Assembly (NCBI RefSeq): GCF_000012545.1 | Contig: NC_007681.1 | Span: 660,001 to 692,000, forward strand | Direction of reading: 5' to 3' | DNA length: 32,000 nucleotides | From: Methanosphaera stadtmanae DSM 3091 | GTDB taxonomy: Archaea > Methanobacteriota > Methanobacteria > Methanobacteriales > Methanobacteriaceae | Shown: positions 10,740 through 20,803 of the stretch, one piece after another | Numbering within the stretch: position 1 is the stretch's first letter | Layout of the letters: every line of letters begins with the position of its first letter | Notes under the pieces: model-generated | What the model was told of the DNA's origin: nothing | Database searches by the model: none | What the model saw: only the letters and a program-made list of their open reading frames with translations | Translations under genes and position numbers: made by a program

Positions 10740-11837
10740 ATGGTTGCAAATACAACAGGAGAAATATTTAAAGTAACAACATTTGGATTAAGTCATGGAA
10801 AAGCTTTAGGTGCAACAATTGATGGTTGTCCTGCAGGACTTAATCTATCAAATGAAGATATTCAAAATGAATTAAATAAAAGAAGACCTGGAACTAGTAA
10901 CTTAACAACATCAAGAGATGAAAAAGATAAAGTAGAAATATTATCAGGTATATTCAATGGTATGACAGATGGAACACCAATAACAGCAATAATATTTAAC
11001 AAAGACCAAAGAAGTAAAAACTATGATAACTTAAAAAATAATCCAAGACCAGGACATGGCGATTTTTGTTGGAGAGAAAAATTTGGAAATTATGACTATC
11101 GTGGTGGAGGAAGAGGAAGTGGAAGAGTAACAATTGGACATGTAATAGGAGGAGCAGTAAGTAAAAAACTCCTACAACAACATAACATAACAACAACAGC
11201 CCATGTAACATCGATTCATAACATACATTCAACAAAGAAATTCACATTAAATACTATAAAAGAAAATATTACAAAGAATAATGTTAGATGTGCAGATTTA
11301 GAAGTTGCTACTTTAATGGAAGATGAAATTCTAAAACTTAAAGAAAGGGGAGATAGTACTGGAGGAAAAGTAGAAATAATCATTGATAATGTACCTGTAG
11401 GTTTAGGTCAACCAGTATTTGATAAGATAGATGGGGACTTTGCAAAGGCATTGATGAATATTGGAGCAGTAAAGGCTGTTGAAGTAGGATGTGGTATTGA
11501 AAGTTCAACATTAACAGGACATGAAATGAATGATGAATACTACATAGAAGATAATAAAATTCAGACAAAAACAAACAATGCTGGAGGAATTGTTGGTGGT
11601 ATGACAAATGGTATGCCAATTATTTTAAAGATTTCTGTTAAACCAACACCATCAGTAAGTGGAATACAAAATACTGTTAATTTAGAAAAAAGAGAAAATT
11701 CCACTATAGAAATAGAAGGTCGACATGATCCATGTATCTGTCCAAGAATAACAACAGTTGCAGAAGCAGTATGTAACATGGTACTTGCAGATCACATGAT
11801 AAGAGCAGGATATATTCATCCTGATAAAATAAATTAA
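10740..11837 (+). CDS. aroC: chorismate synthase (AroC)
   Basis: 365 aa. Family signatures '[19 protein letters not shown]', 'RPGHGD', '[11 protein letters not shown]', '[13 protein letters not shown]' and 'GRHDPCI'. SD 'gggag' upstream. Confidence 0.95.
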   Translation: MVANTTGEIFKVTTFGLSHGKALGATIDGCPAGLNLSNEDIQNELNKRRPGTSNLTTSRDEKDKVEILSGIFNGMTDGTPITAIIFNKDQRSKNYDNLKNNPRPGHGDFCWREKFGNYDYRGGGRGSGRVTIGHVIGGAVSKKLLQQHNITTTAHVTSIHNIHSTKKFTLNTIKENITKNNVRCADLEVATLMEDEILKLKERGDSTGGKVEIIIDNVPVGLGQPVFDKIDGDFAKALMNIGAVKAVEVGCGIESSTLTGHEMNDEYYIEDNKIQTKTNNAGGIVGGMTNGMPIILKISVKPTPSVSGIQNTVNLEKRENSTIEIEGRHDPCICPRITTVAEAVCNMVLADHMIRAGYIHPDKIN

Positions 11838-11884
11838 AATATTTTAAAAATAGATCTATTTTAGAAAAATAAAAGTTGTGGTAT

Positions 11885-12607
11885 TTACTTATTATATAAC
11901 TTTAAAAACTTCTCATGAGCCAAGTATTCTATGGTATCATCTAGTTTTTCAAGTGATTCCACTTCATACTTATTTTGAAGAGCTTTTAATATTAAATAAT
12001 CTGCCACATGTGGATTTTTAGGTAGTATTGGTCCATGTAGATATGTTCCAATGTAATTTTTATATACTACACCTTCAACACCATCAGTATCATTATTTCC
12101 CTTACCAACAAGAACATTTCCTAGTGGTGTGTAGTTAGAGTAGGTTCTACCTCCATGATTTTCAAAACCCACAATTGTTTTTGGAGTAATATCAATTGTT
12201 GTTTCAAGAATAATATTGTTAATTATTCTATTTTGTCTATGAACAGTAGTATAATCAAATATATTAAGTCCTGGAAGACTATCACCATTTTTATTAATAT
12301 ATTCTTTTCCAAGTAATTGATATCCACCACAAACAGCAAGTAATACTTTATTTTCTTCAATTATTTGTTTAAATGAATCTTTATAATTTAGAAAATCATT
12401 ATACACAATTTCTTGTGAATTATCAGATCCTCCACCTATAAAGAAGATATCTCCCAGTGATAGATCATATTTTTCTTCCTTGGAAAATTTATATAAATTA
12501 ACTTCAATTCCTCGTTTTTCACATCTATTTTTTAAACATAGAATATTTCCAGTATCTCCATATAAATTTAGTTGTTCTGGATACATATGAAATAAATTTA
12601 GCTCCAT
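11885..12607 (-). CDS. gatD: GatD-like glutamine amidotransferase (CobB/CobQ-type GATase, partner of MurT)
   Basis: 240 aa. Nucleophile elbow 'LLAVCGGYQLLG', 'GFENHGGRTY', and catalytic His region 'GTYLHGPILPKNP'. Strong SD 'aaggag' upstream. The start lies 1 nt after the stop of the upstream MurT-like gene, suggesting translational coupling. Confidence 0.85.
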   Translation of the reverse strand: MELNLFHMYPEQLNLYGDTGNILCLKNRCEKRGIEVNLYKFSKEEKYDLSLGDIFFIGGGSDNSQEIVYNDFLNYKDSFKQIIEENKVLLAVCGGYQLLGKEYINKNGDSLPGLNIFDYTTVHRQNRIINNIILETTIDITPKTIVGFENHGGRTYSNYTPLGNVLVGKGNNDTDGVEGVVYKNYIGTYLHGPILPKNPHVADYLILKALQNKYEVESLEKLDDTIEYLAHEKFLKLYNK

Positions 12608-12608
12608 A

Positions 12609-13961
12609 TTAATCTCCTTTTGTTATTTTTTCAATATAATCTCTTGTTTTGAAGATAGCAGTGTATGTTGGTAGAACATATAATATATCAACATCATCTT
12701 CTATTGCAGTATCAATAGCATTTTTAAAATCATCATTAATAATTATTTTATCCTCTGATACTTCGGTGTATTTTACACGTAAAGCCATTTCTTCCGCTCG
12801 TATACCACTACAATAGTAGTTTAATATTGTATCCTGATTTTTTATAGTCATATCACCATCCCAAATCCATGATGTATCTTGTCCATCTGCAGGATTATCA
12901 TTTAATATTTGTAGAATGGATTTTTTCTGATTATCATTGGATATTAATTTTATAGATTCACTAAGACCTATAGGATTTTTAGTTAAAACAATTTTTATTG
13001 TTTTATTATTATAGGTCATATCTTCCATTCTTCCAAGTGAAAAATGGAAATTAGCCATTTGTTTTTCTATTATTTGTGGTTTTATATTCAATGTATCACA
13101 CAATGCATAGACTCCACATACATTATATGTATTATATGTTCCAATGTATGGAAATGTAATATTTATAATGTTATCATATGTTTTAAGAGTTATTTCTTGT
13201 TTATTCTCTTTTTTTATATGTTTTTGAACTATATAGTCACGTTTTCCATTGGAAAATAAACATTTAGCACACTCATATTCTCCTAGATTTCCATAGTTAT
13301 ATGTTTTATAGTCTAGTTTAGAACCACATAATGGACAGTTTTTTAGACATAAATTATTACCCTCCAAATCATCTGATTTAACTGAATATTTTACAACTTC
13401 ATTTTCAAGTTTTGTGTAGGTATTAACATATGGATCATCTGCATTAAGTATTAAAGTAGCAGTAGGTACTTGTTTTATACTCTTTCTTACTTCATCCACT
13501 ATTTCTTCTATTTCTCCATATCTATCTAGCTGGTCTCTGAAAAAGTTTGTTACTAGAATATAATCTGGTTTTAAATCTTTAATTACTCTAGGCATTGATC
13601 CTTCATCTACTTCAAATACTCCATAATCATAATGATCTTTTGTATCTTTAATATATGAACTAACAATACCTTGAATCATATTTGCACCCATAAGATTAGA
13701 TAATACTATATTTTCATCTCTTAAAATATGATTAGTTAAATTGTTACTTGTGGTTTTTCCATTAGTCCCTGTGATAAGTATTATTGTATCAGCAGATTTT
13801 CTTATATCTTTTAGTATCTCTTTATGAATTTTTAGAGCAATATTTCCAGGTAAGGCTGTTCCAGATTTATTGGTCATATTCAGTGCTTTTAGTACTAATT
13901 TACCAGTAATCAGTCCAATGTCTTTCTTAATATTGTATAAAATATTACCCATTATTATCAA
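12609..13961 (-). CDS. murT: MurT-like Mur-ligase family protein with C-terminal DUF1727 domain
   Basis: 450 aa. Mur-ligase P-loop 'ITGTNGKTTS', Cys4 ribbon 'CPLCGSKLDY...YECAKC', and the MurT-type motif 'LNDNPADGQDTSWIWDGD'. The ORF opens at TTG 13961, but the ATG at 13952 is the more likely start. Confidence 0.85.
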   Translation of the reverse strand: MIIMGNILYNIKKDIGLITGKLVLKALNMTNKSGTALPGNIALKIHKEILKDIRKSADTIILITGTNGKTTSNNLTNHILRDENIVLSNLMGANMIQGIVSSYIKDTKDHYDYGVFEVDEGSMPRVIKDLKPDYILVTNFFRDQLDRYGEIEEIVDEVRKSIKQVPTATLILNADDPYVNTYTKLENEVVKYSVKSDDLEGNNLCLKNCPLCGSKLDYKTYNYGNLGEYECAKCLFSNGKRDYIVQKHIKKENKQEITLKTYDNIINITFPYIGTYNTYNVCGVYALCDTLNIKPQIIEKQMANFHFSLGRMEDMTYNNKTIKIVLTKNPIGLSESIKLISNDNQKKSILQILNDNPADGQDTSWIWDGDMTIKNQDTILNYYCSGIRAEEMALRVKYTEVSEDKIIINDDFKNAIDTAIEDDVDILYVLPTYTAIFKTRDYIEKITKGD

Positions 13962-14137
13962 TCCATTTTTTTTATTAATTTTTTTCTTCTTTTAAATCTA
14001 AAAATTAATCAAGGTATTAATATTATCTTATTTTTGTCATCTAATATATGTTATTATTTTTTCATAGATTAATATCATAATCTTAATATTTATTTTAAAA
14101 AATAGATAATAATGATAATAATTTATGGGGATGTAAT

Positions 14138-14863
14138 ATGAAAATGGTTTCTTTTGGTATTGATATTTCAGATAATGATATATCATGCTCTGATGAATTA
14201 ATAAAAAGTATAGAAAACGATCTTTACAAGATAGAAAAAGAAGCTCAACTAGCTAAACTTACCAACATAACAGGTGATGATATTGTTATTACTGCAGTAA
14301 CACGTGATGAAAACTTAGAGAATGTTAATAAAACAATACATCAAGTTTTAAAAGATAATGCACTTGGTTTTGATGACTTAGATGGTGTAGGTAATACGCC
14401 TTCTGAAGCAGGAGAAGGAATATCCTATGGAATAATAGATTTAAATCCAAATTATCTACCTGATGCAATTATCATAGGTTTTGATACATATTGTGGTGAA
14501 TCATTTGTTGATAAGGTAGCAAAATCAGCAATAGATGCTGCAAAGGGCATGGACTTTGTAGGAGATGTTGGTGGTGGATGTGTTAATGATATACAACACA
14601 TTCCAGGTGTTGGATATGTATCTAGTCAAACAGATGATCCTGTTGTATTAGCATCAGTAGAAAATGTTGAACAGGTGGGAGTTGTAGCTGGAGCTATGGT
14701 TGGAGCAATACTTGGAAATAAAAACACATATCTTGTAAGGCGTAATACTCCTGCAAATGTAATTCCTGGAAGTGTAATTTGTTCTGTTACAGCATTGATG
14801 AATGGAAATATAATTGATTTAGCCCAACCTTTAAGTTATAAAATGAGAATTCTTGAAAAATAA
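14138..14863 (+). CDS. conserved-looking hypothetical protein (241 aa), function unknown
   Basis: Intact ORF with SD 'gggga' upstream. It is divergent from the murT/gatD pair across 176 bp. Its composition is typical of a soluble protein, with the Gly-rich stretch 'FVGDVGGGCVNDIQHIPGVGYV'. No family recognised. Confidence 0.5.
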   Translation: MKMVSFGIDISDNDISCSDELIKSIENDLYKIEKEAQLAKLTNITGDDIVITAVTRDENLENVNKTIHQVLKDNALGFDDLDGVGNTPSEAGEGISYGIIDLNPNYLPDAIIIGFDTYCGESFVDKVAKSAIDAAKGMDFVGDVGGGCVNDIQHIPGVGYVSSQTDDPVVLASVENVEQVGVVAGAMVGAILGNKNTYLVRRNTPANVIPGSVICSVTALMNGNIIDLAQPLSYKMRILEK

Positions 14864-15112
14864 ATGAGTATTAAATTAAAAACTTCATTGTTATAATTTA
14901 TAGATTATATTAAAATAAGTTATTACTATAATTTTTATAAAAATTATAGAACATACATAATTTAAGCAGTAGAAATGTTTAATATTAGAAAAAAACAAAT
15001 AATAGATTAATTATGAAATATGAGTTATATATTTTTTTAAAAAAATTTATTTTTGAAGAACATTAAATATAATATCAAATTAATAAAGAAAAATAAAATA
15101 AGGGGAATATTT

Positions 15113-15979
15113 GTGATATTACTAGATGAGAATACAAAAGCAGTTGTTCAAGGAATCACTGGAAAACAGGGACGTTTTCATACAAAAGAAATGGTGGAAT
15201 ACAATACTAATATTGTAGCAGGAACAAGTCCAGGAAAAGCAGGACAAACAGTTGATGGTGTACCAGTATATAATTCCATTGAGGAAATTAAACAAAAACA
15301 TCCTGAGGTCAATGCTAGTATTATATTTATACCAGCACCATTTGTAAAAGATGCAGCATTTGAAGCAATAAGTCAATTAGATTTGGTTATTATTATAACA
15401 GAACATTTACCAATTCATGATTCAATGGAAATTGTTGAATATGCAAAACAACATAATACTACTTTAATTGGTCCAAATACTCCTGGAATTATAACACCAG
15501 GTGTTGGAAAACTTGGAATAATGCCAACACATATATTTAAAAAAGGAAAAGTAGGATTAGTATCTAGAAGTGGAACTTTAACATATGAAGTAGCAAGTCA
15601 AATAAGTGCTGCAGGTTATGGTTTAAGTACTGCTGTGGGTGTAGGGGGAGACCCTGTAACTGGTGAAAGTTTTACAAATATCTTAGAAAAATTTGAAAAT
15701 GATCCAGAAACTGAACAAATTGTTATGTTAGGTGAAATTGGAGGAATAGCTGAAGTAAAAGCTGCAAAATATGCTCAAGAAAACTTAACAAAACCAATAA
15801 TCTCATTTATTGCAGGAGTATCTGCACCTCTTGGAAAAAGAATGGGGCATGCAGGAGCTATTATTGAAGGAACTGATGGTACTGCTCAAAATAAAAAGGA
15901 ACTACTTAAAAGTTATGGAGTTCATGTGGCTGATATACCTTCAGATATAGTAACAATACTTAATGAGATTACTGAATAA
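15113..15979 (+). CDS. sucD: succinyl-CoA synthetase (ADP-forming) alpha subunit
   Basis: 'ILLDENTKAVVQGITGKQGRFHT' (CoA-binding N-terminus), 'SRSGTLTYE', and the phosphohistidine loop 'GHAGAII'. The longest ORF starts at 15053, but I place the start at GTG 15113. That codon is preceded by 'aagggg' at SD distance and gives the canonical family N-terminus. Confidence 0.92.
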   Translation: MILLDENTKAVVQGITGKQGRFHTKEMVEYNTNIVAGTSPGKAGQTVDGVPVYNSIEEIKQKHPEVNASIIFIPAPFVKDAAFEAISQLDLVIIITEHLPIHDSMEIVEYAKQHNTTLIGPNTPGIITPGVGKLGIMPTHIFKKGKVGLVSRSGTLTYEVASQISAAGYGLSTAVGVGGDPVTGESFTNILEKFENDPETEQIVMLGEIGGIAEVKAAKYAQENLTKPIISFIAGVSAPLGKRMGHAGAIIEGTDGTAQNKKELLKSYGVHVADIPSDIVTILNEITE

Positions 15980-16170
15980 TTTCAAATTCAATAACACTAC
16001 TTCTTGTGGTGTTTATTACATTTTAATTCTTTTTTTATTCAATAGCTAAAAAATCATAACTTATTTTTAAAATAATTATAATAGACTATAAATTATAAAA
16101 TAATAATTACACTATTATATTAGAATAAATAAATATTGTTATTAACAACAATTCTAGATGGTGCATTTTC

Positions 16171-17379
16171 ATGGATTTAACTCAAGATGAAATAATTGAA
16201 AAATTAGATTCTGGCGAAATCAGAATATTTGAAATTGAAAAATATACAAAAACAGCAAATGAAGCAGCAGATATACGAAGAAAATATATTGAAATAAAAA
16301 CAGGCACACAACTTAAACACATATCCAAATATTCTATTGACATGACAGATACTGCTAAGAAAAATATTGAAAATCCTATAGGAACTATTCAAATACCTGT
16401 AGGTGTAGTTGGACCTATTGTTATTGATAATAATGAAGAGAATATTGAAACATATGTACCTATGGCAACAACTGAAGGTGCATTACTTGCTAGTGTAAAT
16501 AGGGGTTGTTCTGTTATAAGACGTTCTAATGGATGTAATGTTTCAATACTTTCAAATCAAATGACAAGAGCTCCTGTTCTTAAAACTAAATCTGTTCATG
16601 ATGCTAATAAATTGAAAAAATGGATAGAAGATAATTTTGATAAAATAAAAGAAGTTGCACAGTCAACAACAAATCATGGAAAATTACTTAAAATAGATCC
16701 AATTGCTATAGTGGGAAGATTTGTATATCCACGTTTTGTATATGAAACTGGAGATAGTATGGGTATGAATATGGTAACTATTGCTACTCAAAAAGCATTA
16801 GATCTTATAGAAAAAGAAAATAATATTCATATCATAGCTTTAAGTGGAAATTTCTGTGTAGATAAGAAAGCATCTGCAGTAAATCTTATTGAAGGTCGTG
16901 GAAAAAGTGTTGTGGCAGAAGTAATTGTACCTAAAGAAGTTGTTGAAAGAGTACTAAAAACTACAACAGATGCAATTGTTGAAGTAAATTATGCTAAAAA
17001 CTTAGTAGGCTCTGCAATTGCTGGAAGTTATGGTTATAATGCACATTATGCAAACATGGTGGCAGCAATCTTTTTAGCGACAGGACAAGATCCTGCACAT
17101 GTGGTAGAGGGAAGTCTTGGTATAACTTCTGCTGAAAATGATAATGGAGATTTATATTTCAGTGTAACTTTACCTGATTTACCAGTTGCAACTGTTGGTG
17201 GTGGAACTAGACTTGAAACAGCTGTTGAGTCATTAAATTTACTTAATGCTAAAGGTTCTAATAAAGTCAATAGATATGCATCTATTGTTGCAGGAATTGT
17301 ACTTGCAGGAGAATTATCATTGGTTGGGGCCTTAGCTGCAGGTCATTTGGCTCGTGCACATGAAGAATTAGGTAGATAA
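16171..17379 (+). CDS. hmgA: 3-hydroxy-3-methylglutaryl-CoA reductase, class I (archaeal isoprenoid lipid pathway)
   Basis: 402 aa. 'ENPIGTIQIPVGVVGP', 'MATTEGALLASVNRG', 'TGDSMGMNM', 'VGGGT' and C-terminal 'AAGHLARAHEELGR'. SD 'gatggtg' upstream. Confidence 0.95.
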   Translation: MDLTQDEIIEKLDSGEIRIFEIEKYTKTANEAADIRRKYIEIKTGTQLKHISKYSIDMTDTAKKNIENPIGTIQIPVGVVGPIVIDNNEENIETYVPMATTEGALLASVNRGCSVIRRSNGCNVSILSNQMTRAPVLKTKSVHDANKLKKWIEDNFDKIKEVAQSTTNHGKLLKIDPIAIVGRFVYPRFVYETGDSMGMNMVTIATQKALDLIEKENNIHIIALSGNFCVDKKASAVNLIEGRGKSVVAEVIVPKEVVERVLKTTTDAIVEVNYAKNLVGSAIAGSYGYNAHYANMVAAIFLATGQDPAHVVEGSLGITSAENDNGDLYFSVTLPDLPVATVGGGTRLETAVESLNLLNAKGSNKVNRYASIVAGIVLAGELSLVGALAAGHLARAHEELGR

Positions 17380-17415
17380 ATCAAGAATACAATAAATTTA
17401 AGAGTAAGATTAAAT

Positions 17416-18003
17416 ATGAAAGTAACATTAAAACAAATTATTAAAGATTATATTGCAATGAGTAGGTATGTTGCATTAGGATCACTTGATGGGATATTAA
17501 CAGTGCTGAGTATATCTCTAACAGCAGCAATACTCGGTATGAACTCTGGAGGTGCAGTAAATCCTGTTACTGTAGGTATAACAGGTCTTAGTGGTGGGAT
17601 TGCTATAGCTCTATCCAATGGTTTTGGTTCATATATTGGTGAGGAAGCTGAAGAAGCTAAAATTATTAGAGATCTTGAATCTAGGATGATGTTAGATGAA
17701 CGTTCATTAGATGATACTATTATTCATGAAGAAGCTAAATATCGTGTATATATGAGTATGTTAACACATGGTAGTGCAAGTTTCATGGGTTCATTTATAC
17801 CTTCAATACCATTTTTCTTAATTGGTGATATTTATTCGGCAGTTATAGTAACATTAATTGTATGTTTTACTATGTTAACAGTACTTGGATGTTATCTTGG
17901 AAAAATATCCAAGGAAAGTATGGTTAAATCTGCTATTAAAATTATTTCAGTTGGAGTTCTTATAGTAATTATAAGTTATCTAATAGGTGGAAGTCATGGA
18001 TAA
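17416..18003 (+). CDS. integral membrane protein, VIT1/CCC1-like (putative Fe/Mn transporter family)
   Basis: 195 aa. N-terminal 'GSLDGILTVLSISL' resembles the VIT-family motif, followed by an acidic cytosolic loop 'GEEAEEAKIIRDLE' and several hydrophobic segments. The assignment rests on pattern only. Confidence 0.45.
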   Translation: MKVTLKQIIKDYIAMSRYVALGSLDGILTVLSISLTAAILGMNSGGAVNPVTVGITGLSGGIAIALSNGFGSYIGEEAEEAKIIRDLESRMMLDERSLDDTIIHEEAKYRVYMSMLTHGSASFMGSFIPSIPFFLIGDIYSAVIVTLIVCFTMLTVLGCYLGKISKESMVKSAIKIISVGVLIVIISYLIGGSHG

Positions 18004-18017
18004 ATTAGGTGTAACTA

Positions 18018-18221
18018 ATGATATATAAATACCATGTTGTTTTACTTAAAGAACAAGTAATTATAAATGATAAATATTATCAAGCAGATAATAAACCTGA
18101 TAATGAGGAATTTAAGAAATTAGTAAATCAGTATGATGCTGATGAAGTAGTATTAAATACTATTTGTGATGATGAACTTGAGTCTATAGATAAAGAACAT
18201 ATTGATATTAATAGTTTATAA
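18018..18221 (+). CDS. small acidic hypothetical protein (67 aa)
   Basis: ORF 14 nt downstream of the VIT-like gene, with SD 'aggtg' upstream and a T-rich tract after the stop. No motif recognised. Confidence 0.35.
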   Translation: MIYKYHVVLLKEQVIINDKYYQADNKPDNEEFKKLVNQYDADEVVLNTICDDELESIDKEHIDINSL

Positions 18222-18334
18222 TCTCCTCTATTTCTTTTTTGAGTCTTGTTTTTAATATAAAAATATTAATATAATGAAATAATCATATCTATTTTTAATA
18301 ATAAAAAAAAATAAGAGAATAGGAGGTGTACTAA

Positions 18335-19144
18335 TTGAAATTCAATCCAATTTTTGCTATTCTAGGATTTATTTTTGGAGTTATGGGTGGGTTTATTGCA
18401 TATTTTTTATCTGGTTTTGCTTCCGAATTAATGACCAATAGTTCAATAGCACTTATTTCGGGAATTTTAGGTCTTATTGGTATATGGTTATTCAATAAGG
18501 ATTATAGAGTTGCAATTGCACAGTATATCATTGCTGGAATTGGTGTTTTAATTGGAGTTAGTTTGTATGGTGTAGTTGGCTGCATATTCTATGTACTTGC
18601 AGCTGTAGTTGCATTGATGGAAAAAGATAAGATAAAACCTACAATTTCACAAACAAATAATATACATTATTTTGGAAACAAGGATAATATTCCACAAGTA
18701 CCTGTAATTAAAAGTGATTCACGTCTATGGATAATACCTTTAGTATCATTTATTGTTATTTTACTTGTAGGCGTTGGTGGAAATATTAGTCATGACATGG
18801 AGATTTCACAGAAGGCATCATCACTTGAAGTATCAAATGTAGCTATTGAAAGTGAAGGATATTCAATGTATAAGGTATCATGTGATCTTAAATCTTCAAT
18901 GAATTATAAGTATCTACAAATGGAAGTTATATTCTATGATTCAAATAATGCTATTATTGGTAAAAGTCCACTTGTATGGAATATGAATAATCCACAAAAA
19001 GATCAGATAATTAAGGTTTCAGGAACTGCCATGACAAGTAATTCAAAGAATGTACCAGTACGTGCAGAATTATATTTCTATGATGATGCTCTAAATTCAA
19101 ATCCTAACGATGCAATTTATGTGCACAATGTTACAATAAATTAA
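18335..19144 (+). CDS. membrane protein with extracytoplasmic C-terminal domain (FxLYD-like?)
   Basis: 269 aa with a TTG start 6 nt after a perfect SD 'aggaggtg'. About three N-terminal TM segments, one more TM around 'LWIIPLVSFIVILLVGVGG', then a beta-rich domain containing 'MEVIFYDSNNAIIG', which is reminiscent of FxLYD domains. Multiple T-runs after the stop. Confidence 0.5.
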   Translation: MKFNPIFAILGFIFGVMGGFIAYFLSGFASELMTNSSIALISGILGLIGIWLFNKDYRVAIAQYIIAGIGVLIGVSLYGVVGCIFYVLAAVVALMEKDKIKPTISQTNNIHYFGNKDNIPQVPVIKSDSRLWIIPLVSFIVILLVGVGGNISHDMEISQKASSLEVSNVAIESEGYSMYKVSCDLKSSMNYKYLQMEVIFYDSNNAIIGKSPLVWNMNNPQKDQIIKVSGTAMTSNSKNVPVRAELYFYDDALNSNPNDAIYVHNVTIN

Positions 19145-19564
19145 AAAAAATTCACTTATTTTTTATTTTTTTAAAATATTTTTATTTTTTTCCCTATTTT
19201 TTATTCTAATTTCATTTTTTCAAGTAAATTTGATTACTTTTAAAGCATAATCTTTATAAAAGATTACCTATATATCAATAATAGTATAGGTGATATGTAT
19301 AGTTGTCCAAATACCAAAAAAAATATAATGACATATATTAACGTATACCGTAAATTAATATCACATCACCACTTACCGATATTAAAAAAAACCTCTATAC
19401 ACACATCCCTATACCCACTTATTAATTAAAATAATATCACTATTTTTACATGAATTTAAGCAAAATAATTTATTATATTTAAAATAAATATATAATTAAA
19501 TGAAATATTTTTTGAGTAATAATAAATATTACTAAATTAGATGAATTTAAAAAGGAGAATTTAG

Positions 19565-20761
19565 ATGATACGATGTATTTCTTGTGGAAAAGAATACGAT
19601 GATGATGAAATAATATATAACTGTACATGTGGTTCAATTCTTGAAGTAGAAACTGAAGTTGAAGATATTCCACGTGAAACTTTTGAAAATAGACGAGATA
19701 ATATCTGGAAATACAAAGAATTCTTACCAGTAAATGCTGACAATAGAGTAAGTCTAGATGAAGGTGGAACACCATTTTGTAAATGTGAAAAAATAGGTAA
19801 AGAATTAGGTGTAGACCTTTATGTTAAAGTAGAAGGTTCAAATCCAACAGGTAGTTTTAAAGATAGGGGAATGAGTGTAGGTACAACAAAAGCAGTAGAT
19901 CTTGGAGTAAATATGGTTGGTTGTGCTTCTACAGGAAACACTTCAGCTTCACTATCAGCATATGCTGCACGTGCTGGACTTAAATGTGCAGTAGTATTAC
20001 CATCAGGAAAAGTAGCTTTAGGAAAATTAGCTCAAGCAATGTTCCATGGAGCAAAAGTATTTGCAATTGATGGAAACTTTGATGATGCATTAAAAACCAT
20101 AACAGAATTAGCATTAGATGGTGAATTATATCTTCTAAATTCAATAAATCCATTCCGTTTAGAAGGACAAAAAACTATTGGATTTGAATTAGTACATGAT
20201 CTTGGATGGGAATCACCAGACAGAGTAATATTACCTGTAGGTAATGCAGGAAACATATCTGCAATATGGAAAGGTATAACTGAATTTAGAGATGCAGGAT
20301 ACATTAAAGATACTCCTATGATGACAGGTATTCAGGCAGTTAACAGTGCACCAATAGCAAATGCAGTAAAAGCAGGAGAAGACACAGTAACTCCTGTAGA
20401 AAATCCAGATACTATTGCAACAGCTATAAGAATAGGAGCGCCTGTAAGTTCAGTAAAAGCTATGAGAGCAATAAAAGAATCTAATGGTACTGCAGAAACA
20501 GTAACTGATGATGAAATATTAGATGCACAAAAATATCTTGCAAGAACAGAGGGTATTGGTGTAGAACCAGCATCTGCTGCAAGTATTGCAGGACTTAAAA
20601 AATTAGTTGAAAATGGTGATGTTGATAAAGGTGAACGTGTTGTATGTATTGTAACAGGACATGTATTAAAAGATCCTAATGTAGCAATAGATGCATGTGA
20701 AGATCCAACACCTGTATCATCAGATCCTAATGAAATAAGAAATGTTATAAGAACATTATAA
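19565..20761 (+). CDS. thrC: threonine synthase
   Basis: 398 aa. N-terminal Cys4 ribbon 'CISCGKEY...YNCTCG', PLP-lysine motif 'NPTGSFKDRG', and 'ASTGNTSASL'. SD 'aaggag' upstream. Confidence 0.95.
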   Translation: MIRCISCGKEYDDDEIIYNCTCGSILEVETEVEDIPRETFENRRDNIWKYKEFLPVNADNRVSLDEGGTPFCKCEKIGKELGVDLYVKVEGSNPTGSFKDRGMSVGTTKAVDLGVNMVGCASTGNTSASLSAYAARAGLKCAVVLPSGKVALGKLAQAMFHGAKVFAIDGNFDDALKTITELALDGELYLLNSINPFRLEGQKTIGFELVHDLGWESPDRVILPVGNAGNISAIWKGITEFRDAGYIKDTPMMTGIQAVNSAPIANAVKAGEDTVTPVENPDTIATAIRIGAPVSSVKAMRAIKESNGTAETVTDDEILDAQKYLARTEGIGVEPASAASIAGLKKLVENGDVDKGERVVCIVTGHVLKDPNVAIDACEDPTPVSSDPNEIRNVIRTL

Positions 20762-20780
20762 GTTCATATAACTTCCACTT

Positions 20781-20799
20781 TTTTTTATTAAAAAAAAAA
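20781..20799 (+). terminator. T8-att-A10 element after thrC (oligo-T terminator / A-T hairpin)
   Basis: 'ttttttttattaaaaaaaaaa' begins 20 nt after the thrC stop. The T8 run fits archaeal termination. T8 and A10 are self-complementary, so the element would look the same from either strand. Confidence 0.45.
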
Positions 20800-20803
20800 T
20801 CTT

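Noticed and set aside
9473-13259. Embedded ORFs 9473-9721, 10440-10643, 10996-11235, 11380-11619, 11561-11779 and 13044-13259.
   Set aside because: These are shadow ORFs inside aroD, the aroD-aroC unknown, aroC and murT, with no independent support.
15053-15112. N-terminal extension 'MKNIKYNIKLIKKNKIRGIF' of the sucD ORF.
   Set aside because: It is a Lys/Ile/Asn-rich translation of AT-rich upstream DNA. The SD 'aagggg' lies inside it, directly before GTG 15113, and from that codon the protein matches the canonical SucD N-terminus.
15113-15979. sucD without an adjacent sucC as a possible anomaly or orphan subunit.
   Set aside because: The beta subunit may simply be encoded elsewhere, since unlinked subunit genes occur in methanogens. 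Its absence cannot be judged from a 32-kb window.
19479-19775. Minus-strand ORFs 19479-19775 and 19561-19743 overlapping the thrC start.
   Set aside because: They lie antisense to the well-supported thrC 5' end and its SD. Their composition is low-complexity, and nothing suggests real genes.
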